Source: the human T2T-CHM13v2.0 reference genome, Homo sapiens. From it: 64,000 bases of DNA. Positions 34,678 to 56,980 of this stretch are shown here, in pieces. A program made the position numbers and the translations under genes. Where the stretch lies: assembly GCF_009914755.1 (NCBI RefSeq), contig NC_060939.1; one strand, written 5' to 3'. Within the stretch, counting starts at the first letter, position 1. The number at the start of each line of letters is the position of its first letter. The notes below the pieces were generated by a model that did no database searches, was not told the DNA's origin, and was given only the letters and a program-made list of their open reading frames with translations.

Positions 34678-35599
34678 GGTATTTCAATATTTCACTTAAA
34701 CAATGTGAAGAGCAGAAGTTGAATATTATAGCAGCAAATCCTCTATACTACCAAATGCTTAGTCCACTGATATGGAAACCACAGGTTCATCTAAATGATG
34801 GAGAAGTCTGTAGAATGATGTTTCCTTCAACAAAGCCTTACAGGATCCAGCAAGTCTTTGAAGTCATGCATGCTCATCTTCCTGGCATCTGTCCTATGCG
34901 CATAACACATCTGCAACTGACTGGCTCAGTTCAAACCTAAGGTTAGCAAATTCAGAGCCAAGGGACCAGTTAGTCTATGTTTCTCATTCTGTAGCCACAT
35001 CTTAGCCTATTCCCATTGCACTTTACATACAACTTCTACCCATTGCTAAACATTCTTCGCTAATTTTACTGCCGGGCACAAATCTTTCTTTGGCCATTTC
35101 AGCCTATGGGCCTTTTTCCCTCCTGTAAACTTTCATCACATTTTCTGTCACTCAGCTGATTTTTGATAATATTTGGTTTGATATTGACTTCACTGGATCT
35201 TATTTCCCCTCCAAGTTACTTGCTGTCATCAGGAAGCATATTGAAATCTTTGGCATCTTTTATTTATTCTTTTAGAAGCTTAGACCCACCTCTGTCCTTG
35301 GTATAGATGTTTAGTTATTATGTAACTATTATACTAATCATATAATTATATATACAATATAGATATATGATCATATATGTACATGATTATGACATGTTTA
35401 AAGTTTTGAGGTGAAATGCCATCCTAGCCAAGATTGGTTTCATTCTGAAGAAATTTGTTAATTATTGAGGAATAGAGGTGAGGAAGGTGTAGAAGAACAG
35501 ACTAAGATCATATCTAACCTGTACAACACAACTTACGCACTTCTTTCATACATTAAGGTTAAATTTCAAAGAATCATATAGTATAGAATGACAGCATGC

Positions 35600-36802
<1,203 letters not shown>

Positions 36803-37257
36803 AGATAGAATCAAAAGGAACCATTTTCTACAATTCCATCACCTTATAGGTGAGGAGATTGAACCAGAGGGGCAGGGAGAGGGACCAGAAAAGCAAATGT
36901 CTTGCCTTTCACACAGTGAGAGGTAGAGTTAGAGGTGGAAGCCATATCACCTAGTAGGCAATATCAGCAGTGGCTACACTATACGCACCTAGCTCAATGG
37001 CTGGAATATAAGACGTGTTGCATAGAAATGTGTTGAGTGAGTGAATTAATGAATTATGGCTCTGAGGGCAAGGTTTGGTTGGGGAAGTTCAGGGAAGAGG
37101 AAGCATGAAGGTGTAGAGTCTTTCATAATGATAAAGTAAGTTATCAGTGAGATAAGAAAACTATGCAGGAGAGACCACGATCTCTTGGCAGATAATTTGC
37201 CAGTTACTTCTTAATGGAACAGACTAACCCAGCAGCTTGACTTCAGCCCATAGATGA

Positions 37258-38083
<826 letters not shown>

Positions 38084-38605
38084 TTAACAACCATGGTTTT
38101 AGCATTGCGGGTGCCAATACAGTTTCTTTGAGGCATTGGCCAGGACCCAGGCGTTGCTCCTAATTTCTAATTAAGGCCTGTTCAGATAGTAAGCGAATAA
38201 AGATCAGTCTAGCATTTCAATTAGAACAGGGTGGTGTAATGGATTCGGCTTGGGCAAACTCCTTTTAGACAAATTGTTTTGACAAGTTCAAGAAAAAGGA
38301 GGGGATTCTAGGAGTAACAAGATCAAGTGGAAAGAACACTAGCCCTGAAGTCCAGCTCTTAGAGGTCAAGTCCCAGCTCTGCTGCGAACTAACTGATTGT
38401 ATGATCCTGGCCAACTCACTTCACTATTGAAGCATCAGTGCTCTCTTCTGTGAAAGTTTCACCTAAACAATTTCTGGACCCCAGCGACATCTTAAGAGAT
38501 CATGGGATTCAGGGCACATCTCCTCTTCATCCACTGCCACCTTCAAAAAATTGACTTCTGTATGTTTCAGAGTAAATGTTGTTCTTTAAGAGTAAGGGTT
38601 TCACA

Positions 38606-38909
38606 GCCAGATGCATTGCCTCACGCCTGTAATCCCAGCACTTTGGGAGGCTGAGGCGGGTGGATTACCTGAGGTCAGGAGTTTAAGACCAGCTGGCCAA
38701 CATGGCAAAACCCTGTCTCTACTAAAAATACAAAAATTAGCCAGGCCTGGTGGCAGGTGCCTGTAATCCCAGCTACTTGGGAGGCTGAGGCAGGAGAATC
38801 ACTGAACCTGGGAGGCGGAGGTTGCAGTGAGCTGAGGTCGCTCCACTGCACTCCAGCCTGGGCTACAGAGCAAGACTCCATCTCAAAAAAAAAAAAAAAA
38901 AAAAAAAAA
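38606..38909 (+). mobile_element. AluS
   Basis: TSD agtaagggtttcac. Confidence 0.92.
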
Positions 38910-39611
38910 GTAAGGGTTTCACTTTGTGCCTATCTTGGAGCAAATGACCAAAAGTGTTTCTCTTATGCATGTATTTGTTCAGTTACTCTCTGAGCACCTT
39001 CCAGGAGTTGAAAGAAGTGCCTGAGTACTAATCCTTTTTCAGGCTCACACACTCAAACCCCTCTACATAGTTTTCCAGCTCAGCAGCATACTCTTAACTC
39101 CTCCTTTTCTGTACTCATAGCAGTCAGCATCTGTTCAACTCATTTCCTAATCTATCCCATAACCTCTCTTTCACTCTGAAGTTTAGCCATTAAATTGTTA
39201 CCTCATTTCTCAAAGGCATTTGCCATATCTCTAACCAGATGTGAGATCTGAAGGGCAGAAACTGGACTCTGCACTTCCTACCTCCCACAGAATCTAATTC
39301 AGTGTCCTCCTCATGGGTAGTGCTCAATTAATGGTCCTTAATTGATGGGTCCATTAGCATTGTGGGTGTACAAAGGCATATAAGTGGACGTTCCTGTCCT
39401 CAGGAAAGATTCAGTGTAATTGAGGGAGATGGTGAGACCTGAAGAGTTAGGTGACAGTTGCAAGCAACATCACCAGGACTGTGATTCATTGTCAATAAAT
39501 GCAATAGGTCAGTGGTTCCCAACCTTTGGACCCTAGACCTCTTGTAAACTATGGGTTATGCTAAGCATCACAAATCCTTATATCTGTAAGATGACTCAGA
39601 CATGTCTCAAA

Positions 39612-41798
<2,187 letters not shown>

Positions 41799-41905
41799 TA
41801 CTTATTTTTCAAATGTATGTTGTGATTGGCAAAATATATAGCCTCTTAAAAGCCTAGGATTTCATGCTATCCTTTGTTAATCGTGGACATTTAAGACAGA
41901 TGCTA

Positions 41906-42571
41906 CTCTTCCTGTCCCAGGAGCTTTAAAGCTGTGGGTTATAACACAGACATGGCCAATTCCATGAACCATACCACACACAACCAGTCCCCCAAATGGC
42001 AAAAAAAAAAAAAAAGGTATAAATAAACCCTGATCACAAACATGTGAATCTCTTAAGGGGGTGGACGGACCTCAAGTTCCTGAGGAACATGTGCTTCAAA
42101 GCACAACAAGAAGGGTCTGAAGAAGATGCAGGCCAGCAATGCTCATGAGTACCAGAGCCAAGGCTATTGAGGTCCTTGTAAAACCCAAGGAGGTTAAGCC
42201 TAAGATCGTAAAGGGTGTCAGCTGCAAGCCCCATCAACTTGCCTGCAGTGCCCACCCCAGGCTTGGAAAGTGTGCTCATGCCCACATTGCCAGGTGTCTC
42301 AGGCTCTGCTGACCAAAGGCCAAGGCTCCAAACAAGGCTCAGACCACGGCTTCAGCTCCAGCCTCAGTTCTGGCTCCAGCTCAGGCTCCCAAAGGTGCTC
42401 AGGCAGCCGTGAAGGCTCCCGAGTAGAGGCCTGTGTCTGCCAGAATGAGTACAGAAGGACTGGTGTGACCTCTGGGCTGCTGTCTGCTTGGGGCTGGTGC
42501 CCTCCTGTGCTATTTGCATGAATAAACGTGAGGAAAAATACATACATACATACATACATACATACATGCTA
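41906..42571 (+). pseudogene. Second RPL29 processed pseudogene, full length, disabled
   Basis: ctcttcc leader at 41906; ATG 41952 (MANSMNHTTHNQSPKW); A15 run 42001-42015; TGA 42031-42033; GGAC duplication; native TAG 42424-42426; AATAAA 42521-42526; tail decayed to (CATA)n; ATGCTA flanks both ends; TT/AAGA upstream. Confidence 0.93.
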
Positions 42572-43626
42572 AAAGAATAATTATGCAGGTTCTGTGAACA
42601 TTTTTTGAAGTTAAAAACCATCATGCTCAAATAGAGTTTGTTCAAACTACTGGCATAGATGGCTAGAATTTAGAAAACAAAGTGAACACTTTAGCCTAGG
42701 TGGTTCAATAGATTTTTTTTTCCCTGCAAAAGGTGGGATTTGAACTCAGCTTTGAATAATGATTAAGTTTTTAACAGCAAGGATATGTCTGAGGTTCAAC
42801 CCATTTCAGGTGTCCCAATATATATGAAAGGAGAAAGCTTCATACCTACATGTTATAATTCTCTTCCTGACAGGCATACCTCAAGATCAGTTGAATTGGA
42901 GCACAGCTGGATGGAGGCCTCAGGTTAATTAACTTCCTTTGAGAGCATCCAGAAAATTAGCAAAGACATGAGAAACCATTCACTCAGGACGACCAATCAG
43001 CCAGGACACTCCGAAACCTATTAAATCAGATTTTTAATCTTCTAAGCCTGTAGACAACTGTGTGACATCAGCCACATCCTCAAATCTTAAGGGAAACACG
43101 AATACAAGAATACATGTGTGCAAGGAATCATGCATAAAAGGATTGTGCCTTCAGATCAAGTCCAACTGTTTTTATTTGTCATCAAATGTGAACGGAGATA
43201 TGGGTACTAGTCCCAGGAATGCCATAAACTAGCAGTGAATCACTTCTTGAATAAGCCACCTCATTCTTCTAGACTTTGATCTGATAAAGGGAGGGATTGG
43301 ACCAAAGAATCTTTAAGGTCTCTTCCTACTAGTATGTTTCTGCCTTTTGGATGATGACTATGATGAGCAGAGCCATCTGTTCCCAAGAAGCTGGCTGGTG
43401 CCACTGCTCTACCCCTGTGTTCTAGGAGAAGTGGATAGAGGATTTGCCGAGGGAGGAGAGCAGAGGAAGAGATGACTTCCTCATTTGATGTGGAATAAGT
43501 CTCAATAGGCTGTCATTTCCATAACCGTTTCATAAAAGTTGTTTCTTTGCAAGAAGTAAAGCTTCACTTTCTCCCTTTTTTGACCTGTCCCTTTAGGCTA
43601 AAATTTGCCGGTGAACCTGATCCATC

Positions 43627-43675
43627 CCTCCCTCCCTTCCTTCCTTCCTTCCTTTTTCCTTTTTCTTTCTCTCTT

Positions 43676-43737
<62 letters not shown>

Positions 43738-43757
43738 TCCTTCTTTCTTTCTTTCTA
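43627..43757. repeat. (CCTT)/(CT)/(CTTT)n compound microsatellite
   Basis: Directly visible. Confidence 0.95.
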
Positions 43758-44122
43758 TTTTTGAACTTGATTTCACTCACACAAGAAACGCTGCCTATTC
43801 ACTCCCTGCACTGCTGGGAGGAAATCATGTAAGATGACCCAGCTCTTTCAAAAAATATTATGGCATGAAAGATCACAATGCTTAAAAATGTTCATAGCCT
43901 TTTATCTTATAATCTTACTTCCAGAAATCAATCTGAAGAAAGTAATTCTAAATGTCATTACAGATTTAGGCATGAGGATGCTTATCATTGAGTTGTATAA
44001 CTACAAAAACTGGAAGCAACTTACACTTCCAGAACAGAGGAATGGTGAAGAAGTCATGGCATGTTGAAATGATGAAATATTGTGTTAACAAATGGTGTTC
44101 GACAGTTTGAAATAGAGACTTA

Positions 44123-44929
<807 letters not shown>

Positions 44930-46664
44930 CTAGAGACTCTCGGAGTGCTCTGCTTGCTCTTGTAGGCTGGCTGATCCCAGCTGCTGGGAAGTCAGATCCC
45001 ACGGGCAGACGTTGCAGGCAGCCTGGACAAAGCCTGGGAAACACCTAAGAGAACTTCCCTTCATTCAAACATCTGGCATAGAGGTGAAGTGTGAGGGCTC
45101 TGGAGTGAGAGCCCTCACACTATTGTCTTCCAGCTCTTCTACTAACAAGGCTGGAGGATAAACCTTAGATAAGCTGCTTGATTGCCTCACTTTCCCCAGT
45201 TAGCATGGAACCTTGGACCTGACATATGGTGGATGCTTGACAAATGCTGTCGAATGAAGGACAAAGAGTAGGATAGGGTGGGCCTCATCAAGCAGACCCC
45301 TGAGGTAGGTTCACAGGGGCTTCTCCCCTTTGGGAAGAGACACATGGTGTGTCATGCATGGTTCCCTGCTCTCCCACACCCCTTCACCGCTCAACTAAGA
45401 GGGAATCTCCTTCTATCCATGCAGGCATGTTTCTGGCTTTCCTCTTGGTGGGCAGGCACACATCCACAATCTAGGCCACAATTAGGCATGGCTCAGTTTT
45501 GTCAGGGTTTGGGGCTGCAGAGTCCTCACCATCGGTTGGTGGGAGCTTCTTTCCTACATCGGTCTCACAATCTTGCTTCCTCTAACATATTTCCATCTTA
45601 GCCACAATGTTATTATATTATCTTTAAGAATGTAGGAAAACCCTCCCCGCTAATTCCCACCACCCCTACTCTGCCTCTGGTCACAGGCGATGGAGTCCAG
45701 GCTTGAGCCAAATGTAACCAGCCCGCAAGGGTCAAGAGGGCCCCAGGGGGGCTTAAACATACAAGGAAAAAATAAGAGCACACCAAGGCCCTCCCAAGGG
45801 GCAGCCGAGAGAATGTTGAAGCCCACGCAGAAGTTCTTTAACAATTGAGAGGGGGTGGGAGAGCCTCCCTCAAGGGTGACTGAGAAGGATAAATAGGAAA
45901 ACCAGCATTCAAAGGAGAGGATGAGGGAATGGAGGCTATCCCCAAACACCCAGGGTGAGTGGTTACACGAGATCTCACAGTTCACCCACAGCTCTCTCTC
46001 ATTCTAAATCTCTCTGTGACCTCTGAAGCTACAAGTTTCTCTACTTTTAACCTCTTGAGCAGAGACAGAGGCATGTCAGGCGTGAACCACAGTAACCAGC
46101 TCACGATGGAAATTCAAGGAGAGGGAAACATCTCACAAATTGCTGCCCGGGCTTTGTGGGTGGAGGGGCTGAGGGAGGGTGGGGATGGGAGATGGGGTTT
46201 ATCCACCAGCTGATCAAGCCTACCAGCAGCAAGTCCTCCGGGTGTTGGGGATTTGGGGGCTTCTTCCCAGGCCAGTGTAGCTAATTTAAGTCATCTGTGT
46301 GCCGAAATTCAGTTAAAATGGAGTTTTAGCAGAATTCTTCATGTGGATGCTGTGGTTAAACAGAAATTCCTTTTCAATGATGTTTGAACAGTGAGTCAAA
46401 ATAAGGCCAGTAATAAGCTAGTGATGAGTAACTCCAGGACAGAGCAAGACCTGGGTGGAGAGGATGTTTATATGGAGCACACGGGCCAAAGTAGAAGGGA
46501 AATGATTCCTTCTCCAGGTCTCTTAGCAGGAGGTGGCCTCCTGCTCTCCTCCCACCCACCCCTGTTCTATAGGGATTATTGTTTCCTTACAGAATTCCTG
46601 AGCCTGACTGAACTTCAATGATCATAGTCAAGGATCTGTCTTTTTCAACATAAAATTTCTTTTA

Positions 46665-47004
<340 letters not shown>

Positions 47005-47426
47005 TACTGCTCATTACAGAAAAATCAGAAAATACTAATACAAGTAAAAAGAAGAAATGTTAAAGTATTCATAATCTCTCTTAAACATCACTATTAATGC
47101 CACTTTAGATTATTAGTATGCCTTCCTAGGTAAACATATATATATGTAACATATTTGGGTATATATAAAATATATGATACACACAAATGCACTTTTTTCC
47201 AAGAAAAACAGGTCTGTCCTGTAGTATGGCTTTGTGCTGTATTTCTCCTCTTTTACCTAACATTTCCTGTGGCTGTAGATACATTTGACAGCATCATTTA
47301 GTGGCTGCATATTTTCCTACCACCTGAAGTACTAAGTTGATTTAGCCAGTTCCCTGTTGTTGGACACTTAGGTTGTTGCAACTTTTTCTCGATTATAATT
47401 GTAATGAACATCCATGCAGCTAAATC

Positions 47427-48091
47427 TTTGCATAAATTATTTTTTTTCATGCCTCAGGTTTATTTGTACAAATAGCACAGGAGGACACCAGCCCCATGCC
47501 GATGGCAGCCCGGGGGGGTCGCACCAGTCCTTCTGTCCTCACGTTGGCAGACAGAGATCTCTACTCTGAAGCCTTTGTAGGGGGACTGGGCACCTTTGGG
47601 AGCCTGAGCTGGAACTGAAGCCGGAGCTGCAGCCTGGGCCTTGGTTTGATCCTTGGCCTTGGCCTTTGGCCGGCACAGCCTGAGCGCCTTGGCAATGCGG
47701 GCACAAGCATGCTTCCCAAGCTTGGGGTAGCCAGTGTAGGCAAGCTGATTGAGCTTGCGGCTGACACCCTTTGGGATCTTGGGCTTAACCTCCTTGGGCT
47801 TTACGAGGGCCTTGATAGCCTTGGCACGTGCACTCATGGCCTTGGCACTGTTGGCCTGCATCTTCTTTAGGCCCTTCTTGCTGTGCTTCTTGGCAAAGGG
47901 CATGTTCCTCAGGAATTTGGGATCCACCCCCTTTAGAGACACCGATCTTTGTGACTGAGGTTTCTTGATACCATTTCTGTGCCGTTTTTGGAACTGGTCA
48001 TGTGTGTTGTGGTTCTTGGACTTGGCCATGTCTGCACCGTAAGCCATGGCTCCCAAAGCTCCTAGAACCAGAAGAGCTTGCATAAATTCTT
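47427..48091 (-). pseudogene. RPL29P30: RPL29 processed retrocopy, full length, near-intact ORF
   Basis: Intronless [42 protein letters not shown]... from ATG 48029. It has a 5' CTCTTC leader at 48076, the native stop at 47561-47563, AATAAA at 47459-47464 and a short A tail. TSD 47427-47441 / 48077-48091 matches 13/15, with a TT/AAGA endonuclease site. The symbol is assigned from recalled position next to UACA. Confidence 0.95.
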
Positions 48092-48701
48092 AACCCTTTC
48101 ATTGGATAAATTCCCAGAAGTTAAATTGCTAAAGCTCCTTCATATTTATATGTTGGGAAAAATAAACCCAGACATTGGCCTAAAACACTGAATTAACACT
48201 AAAAGGTTACCACCCTTCAGTGGGGAGTTGGACAACCCATGCCAATGAGCTCCAGGGGCCGTGCTATTTGCTCTGTACAAGGAAGAGACTCTCCATCCTC
48301 ATGTGACTGTTGCAGTTACCAGCTGTGAAAATGGAAGCCACAATTATAACTTCTTGTAAAAGCAAGGGCTCTTCATTAAAAGCCATCTATGGGAGTTACC
48401 CATCTTCTGGATCCTCAAGTGTGGGATACTTTGGAACGCATGTATGTATATCAGACCTGTCATACTTACCTTCCTTTAGCATGTGTGGACATTGCATCCT
48501 TCTTTCTCTTCTCTTTGCATACCTTCTTCTGCTGCTGGCCACAGGTGAACGGTTTTTGGAATTCTGTAGGAATGTCCTGGCCCATTATCAAATAGTGCCT
48601 GCTTCTCACTTAACACCTCTGCCCTGAGGATATTTGGAGTGCAATTCAAAGGCCTCAGAACAGAAGCACAAATTGTCATATCTAGTAGAAAGCAGATCAA
48701 A

Positions 48702-49004
48702 GCTGCATGAGGTGGCTCACACCTGTAATCACAGCACTTTGGGAGGCCAAGGTGGGCGGATCACTTGAGGTCGGGAGTGCGAGACTAGCCTGGGCAACAT
48801 GGTAAAACCCTTTCTCTATTAAAAATATAAAAATTAGCTGGGCATGGCAGCAGGCACCTATAATCTCAGCTACTCAGGAGGCTGAGGTACGAGAATCTCT
48901 TGAACCCAGGAGGCGGAGGTTGCAGTGAACCGAGATTGTGCCACTGCACTCCAGTCCAGGTGACAGAGTGAGACTCTGTCTCCAAAAAAAAAAAAGAAAA
49001 AAAA
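48702..49004 (+). mobile_element. AluS/J
   Basis: Alu consensus. Confidence 0.9.
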
Positions 49005-50386
49005 GGAACAGGTCGAGATCCCCACCCCCACCTTAGAAACACAGTTTAAACTGAGTCAGCTTGTGGCTAAATCTGTAAGCTAATAATCCTCCTCCAGGGA
49101 GAATGGCGGCTGGGTGAAGGGTTGCTGGGGCAGGTAAGGATTTGTAGAGGAATACAAGTGGGGCTGTAGCGGAAAGAGGAAGGTGCACATTGAAGTTGAA
49201 AGAGAGTTGGCTTGGGAGTGAGGAAAATGGGTTCCAGTTCTGCCAAGGACATGCAGTGTGTCTTTGAGGAAGTTGCCTCCCTACTCTGCTCCTGTTTCTT
49301 CATCATTTAACCAGGTGCTACCATCCCGTCCTGTTCTCACTACTTTGCTCTTTTCCTCATTCATTTAATAATTTTCTAGTAACGTGGTTCAGAGCATTGC
49401 TTCATGACTTTTGACAGTCTTTTACACTTTCTGAATCTTGTAGATGGGCTGCCCAGTAACTGATCGCATCTGAATGCCTTGGAGAGTTAGCAAGTCAACC
49501 TCTGGCTTTCACTATTGTCAAAGCCCTTCAGTTTCCAAAGCCTCTCCTATAGCAGCAAGCTCTTGTTTATAGGTGAACATGCTCCCTTGCTTTTAAAGCC
49601 TAGAACATAGGGGCCTCCGGGAGCTAGGAATGTCCACCTCATGTATACCTGGAGAATTCCCCCACTTCTACTCACTTTCTGCAAGGCCTTTGGCCACCAG
49701 GAACTAGAGAGTTGGCAGATAGATTTCATCCAGCATGCCAGCCTAATCAAGTGGTGGTAGCTGCCTCCACGGTCATACTGAAAAGCACTCTAAGGCCACT
49801 TCCATTCTCAACCAGAAAGATTGCCACGTCTGCCACGAGCAAGGAACATGGGGAGGAGGTGCCATTACTGCCATTTCTCGCTCTTCCTGACCTAGTTTAT
49901 GAGAATCAATAAATTTGCAGATCTCAGCTTTCCAATAGGTTCCTGTGCTCCAGGGCGGGGATACAGAAAATCATCCCTCTTAGGGAACATGAGCTTGAGC
50001 AGAAGATGACCAGCACTGTAAAAGGTGTGCGTCTCACTCAAAACCGTCTAGCAGCATGGAGGTGAGGTGTCTCCTCTCACCTGGACACTGCATTTTCTCA
50101 AACTGTGTTTTACCCTTGGTTGGTGGCTTATCCTCCCCAAGCCTTCTCTGGATGTTAATTTTAACTTTTATCCTGTTTTATTTTGAGTAGGTAAGGTGAG
50201 AACTCACAGTGAAAGTGGCTTTGAGCCTCTGTTTTCCAGCAGGAGAAACTAGCTGGACCACTATGGGCTGGAAGTTGGGACTTCAAACACAATCCATTAT
50301 TTTCTGGAAGGAAAATGTTTAGAAGCTAGCACCGAGGGCAGGGTTTGATGTGTTCTCCTCATTCTTTTGATGTGAGTGGAAAGTAA

Positions 50387-50748
<362 letters not shown>

Positions 50749-51649
50749 CTCCAGAAGGGTTTTGAAAGCAGGCTTCCTAGAACTGGAGCTAGCATGCATC
50801 TGTGTTCGTGGCAGTGTGGTCTACAGGGCAAACCAAGGCGTGGAATCAGGAAGCCAGAGCTCTATCTTCAGCCTTGTCCCCATTGAAGAAGTCAACTCGC
50901 CTGTCTGGGCCTCAGTTTCCCCGTCAGTTAAAACATGCCCTGCCCACCTCAGTTTTGGGAATAATCTGATGAGAGAAAGGATGTGAATATTTCTTGAAAA
51001 AAAAATAGCTAAAGAGCTATATAAATGGAAGGCATGATTGTTTGTTTTCCTAAGTGAAGCTGTCTCTTTGCCATCACTGCTGGAGAGGCTGTTTGGATTG
51101 TAAGTATTTGGCCTCTGAACTTTCATTCTGGACTGGAGCAGCTGTGGGTGGCAGGAATGCAGAGAGGGAGGAAATATCAGAGTTAGCAAGCCTGGGCCTC
51201 AGTCTCAGAGTTGGCCAAGTTTCTAGGGGAAAAAAATAATCTCAAGTAGCTCTTTGTGGTCATGAAGGATACACTTATGCAATTGTTTTCAATATTTTAA
51301 GAGTCTGAAGAAAAGCTTTAAGGAACACTTATCCCAATGGAAAGCAATAGAGTTCCTCATTCAACCTAGACCGAACAAATCTGCATAAAATGGCGAATAG
51401 AAGAAATTATCTAAATAATTCAGCACTCCCCTTTTTTCTGGCACACACACATACATAAACACGAGGATTATTTCACCCACAGTGATTCCACTAGGGCATT
51501 TGCTGTGTTCTTCTTCCCCCTTTCCAACAAGTTAGAGCTTTTCCATTCTTCAAAGTTCTTCCCAATTGCTTTGTCTTTTTATACTCAGTGCCAAGCACAG
51601 TATAGTAAGCACTCAGGAAGTTTCTGATAAACAAAGTACCATCCTGTCT

Positions 51650-52397
<748 letters not shown>

Positions 52398-52542
52398 TGC
52401 CACTTCTTTTTAGAAAATTAATAGAAACCTTTAAGTCAGAAATGGTAAATATTGTTATAGCTCATCTATCGACTTTGGTAGTGTCTTTTTGGATGACTGC
52501 CATAAGAAGAATTTGACAGCTAAATTAATGGAAAAGAAAGGC

Positions 52543-53288
<746 letters not shown>

Positions 53289-54000
53289 AAAAAAGCAGAA
53301 TTATTAAAGTTGAATGTTAGTTGGGCCAAGACAACTGGTAAGGAATTTTTCCAATGAGTTAGGTCACATTTTCCAGAAACAGTGATAGTGAAGGCAGAAC
53401 ACCTTGAGTAGATGCAACCAGGCATTATTTATGTCACTGGAGAACACAATTATATACTGAAGAGGCTCACAATTTGGGACTATTTGGTCGACTAGCAGGT
53501 TACCTGGGGCAGTGTAAGAGTGCGTTTACCATGGCTCCATGGTGTCATCAGCCTCGTAGGTCCAGAAACTCAGTGCCGTTAGTGCATCCAGAGCTGATTG
53601 GACTCTTGGGAACAGACCTACAAGAACCATGTTCATGAGAGACTGACAGCAAAATGAAATGCAAAGATGTCCTGGGATACGACAATTCTTATCTGCTCCC
53701 CAGACTAAATTAGTCATCAGAAAGGCTTGGTCCTGTGAAAAGGATGGAATGAAAAGAAAGGAAGTGGGAAGACTCAGAGGGAATGTTTCACATGAGTCAA
53801 GAAGGCCGGATGGAGCATCTCTGCCCCACAACAGTGCTCTTTCCAGCAGTGGGAAAAGCCCTGACCTCAGGCCCAGCGCCTCTGTCCCTTGAGCATAACT
53901 AGAGGCACACTGACCACTTGCAGACATTGATTCCCCTTCTAACATCTCTGCAGACCTCATTTCTTCTGGGAGATCTGCTTCCTCCAACACATTAACATAA

Positions 54001-54742
<742 letters not shown>

Positions 54743-55143
54743 TACCACTCTGATTTATAAGACATCTTACGCTTTTGAAGATTTCCATATAATGCAATGA
54801 TTTTGTCCATCCATCCTTATATCTATTTTTTCTATTTCATCTGTTTATTCAATAAATTCCTAATGTACACTCAGTTGGTGCTGGAGGAGGTTAAGAGGAG
54901 TAAAGCATGGCTCTTGCCTCCAAGGAGCCTCAGAGGTGAGAAAAGAGATAGGAGTCTAGGTGAGAGACCAGCCCTAGACAAGAACAGGGAAGAAATGAGA
55001 ACATTCTGCCTAAGGTGGAGCCGGTGTGGTAGGGAAGCAGTGGCAGGTATCAGAGAAGGAGAGACGCTAAAGACAGAAAATAGATTTAGTGGCTGCCTTG
55101 CGGGTGGGCAATGAGGGAGAAGGGACCAGGATAATAAAAATGA

Positions 55144-56084
<941 letters not shown>

Positions 56085-56806
56085 ACCAGGCACTGTTCTA
56101 AGCACTTTATAAGCATGAATTCATTTAATCCTCACAACCCAATGAACCAGGCACTGCCATATGTCTGTATTTCAGGTGAGGAAATGGAGGCAGAGAGAAA
56201 TAAATAACATGTCCAAGGTGATGCAGCTAGTCAGAGGCAGGGGCGGGGTAACTCTCTGGTATCTAAGTGTCCAAGAGGTTGTCTCCCACAAAGATAGGAA
56301 ACTGGAGGGAGATACACATTAATAGTTTTAGAAATGTGTGATTTGAGATGCCTGGGGTCATCCAGTGGAGAGTTCCAGGAGGGAGCTGTATGTATAGGAG
56401 GGAGGCCAAGCAGAGCATCTGCCTGGAAATAGTTTAAACACCACCAGCATCTCCATGTGGCAGTGGAAGCTGTAGGTCTGGTGTGGAATATCACGGATGG
56501 GGCCAAGGTGAAGACCCAAGAGTGAAGAGGCATTAGGAGGAAGAGGACCCAGATAGGGATTGTGAAAATGAGTGATTAAAAAGCTAAGGTATGAACCAAG
56601 AACAAGCAGTATCATAGAAGGTGAGGGAGTGAAGAGTTTCCAAAATCAGGCAATGCTCAAGTGCATCAGATACCACCACCAAGACAGCATTCAGATGAAG
56701 CTTGAAAAGCAGTCACTAAGGTAGACATTCAGGAAGTTTGACAACTAATGGTCTTGACAAGCACAGTTTTGTGGCATATGAACTCTAGCTCCCAAAGCAC
56801 CCAGAT

Positions 56807-56980
56807 CAGTGGTTTTCAAACTCTGGTACAAGAGAATCTTTTGATGGTTTAAAGAAATGCAGATTCCTGGAACCTATGAACCTGGGTTCATAAGGTTGAA
56901 GGCCAGGCCCAGGAACCAGAACTGTTTAAAAGTTGCCCCACCAGGTGATTCTGACATCGGTGGTTTTGACAAGCATGGCC
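56807..56980. mobile_element. MER5-type hAT-Charlie MITE
   Basis: cagtggttttcaaac...aaatgcagattcctgg...ccaggtgattctga. Confidence 0.65.

Noticed and set aside
42855-42930. Plus-strand acceptor-like ttctcttcctgacag at 42873 with a weak downstream donor
   Set aside because: Such motifs are common; no transcript evidence is available from sequence alone.
43547-43837. ORFs rich in SFFL or ERKK (also 61075-61545)
   Set aside because: Translations of (CTTT)n microsatellites.
47460-47480. C-terminal CYLYK as a CaaX prenylation motif
   Set aside because: Cys is fifth from the end, not fourth.
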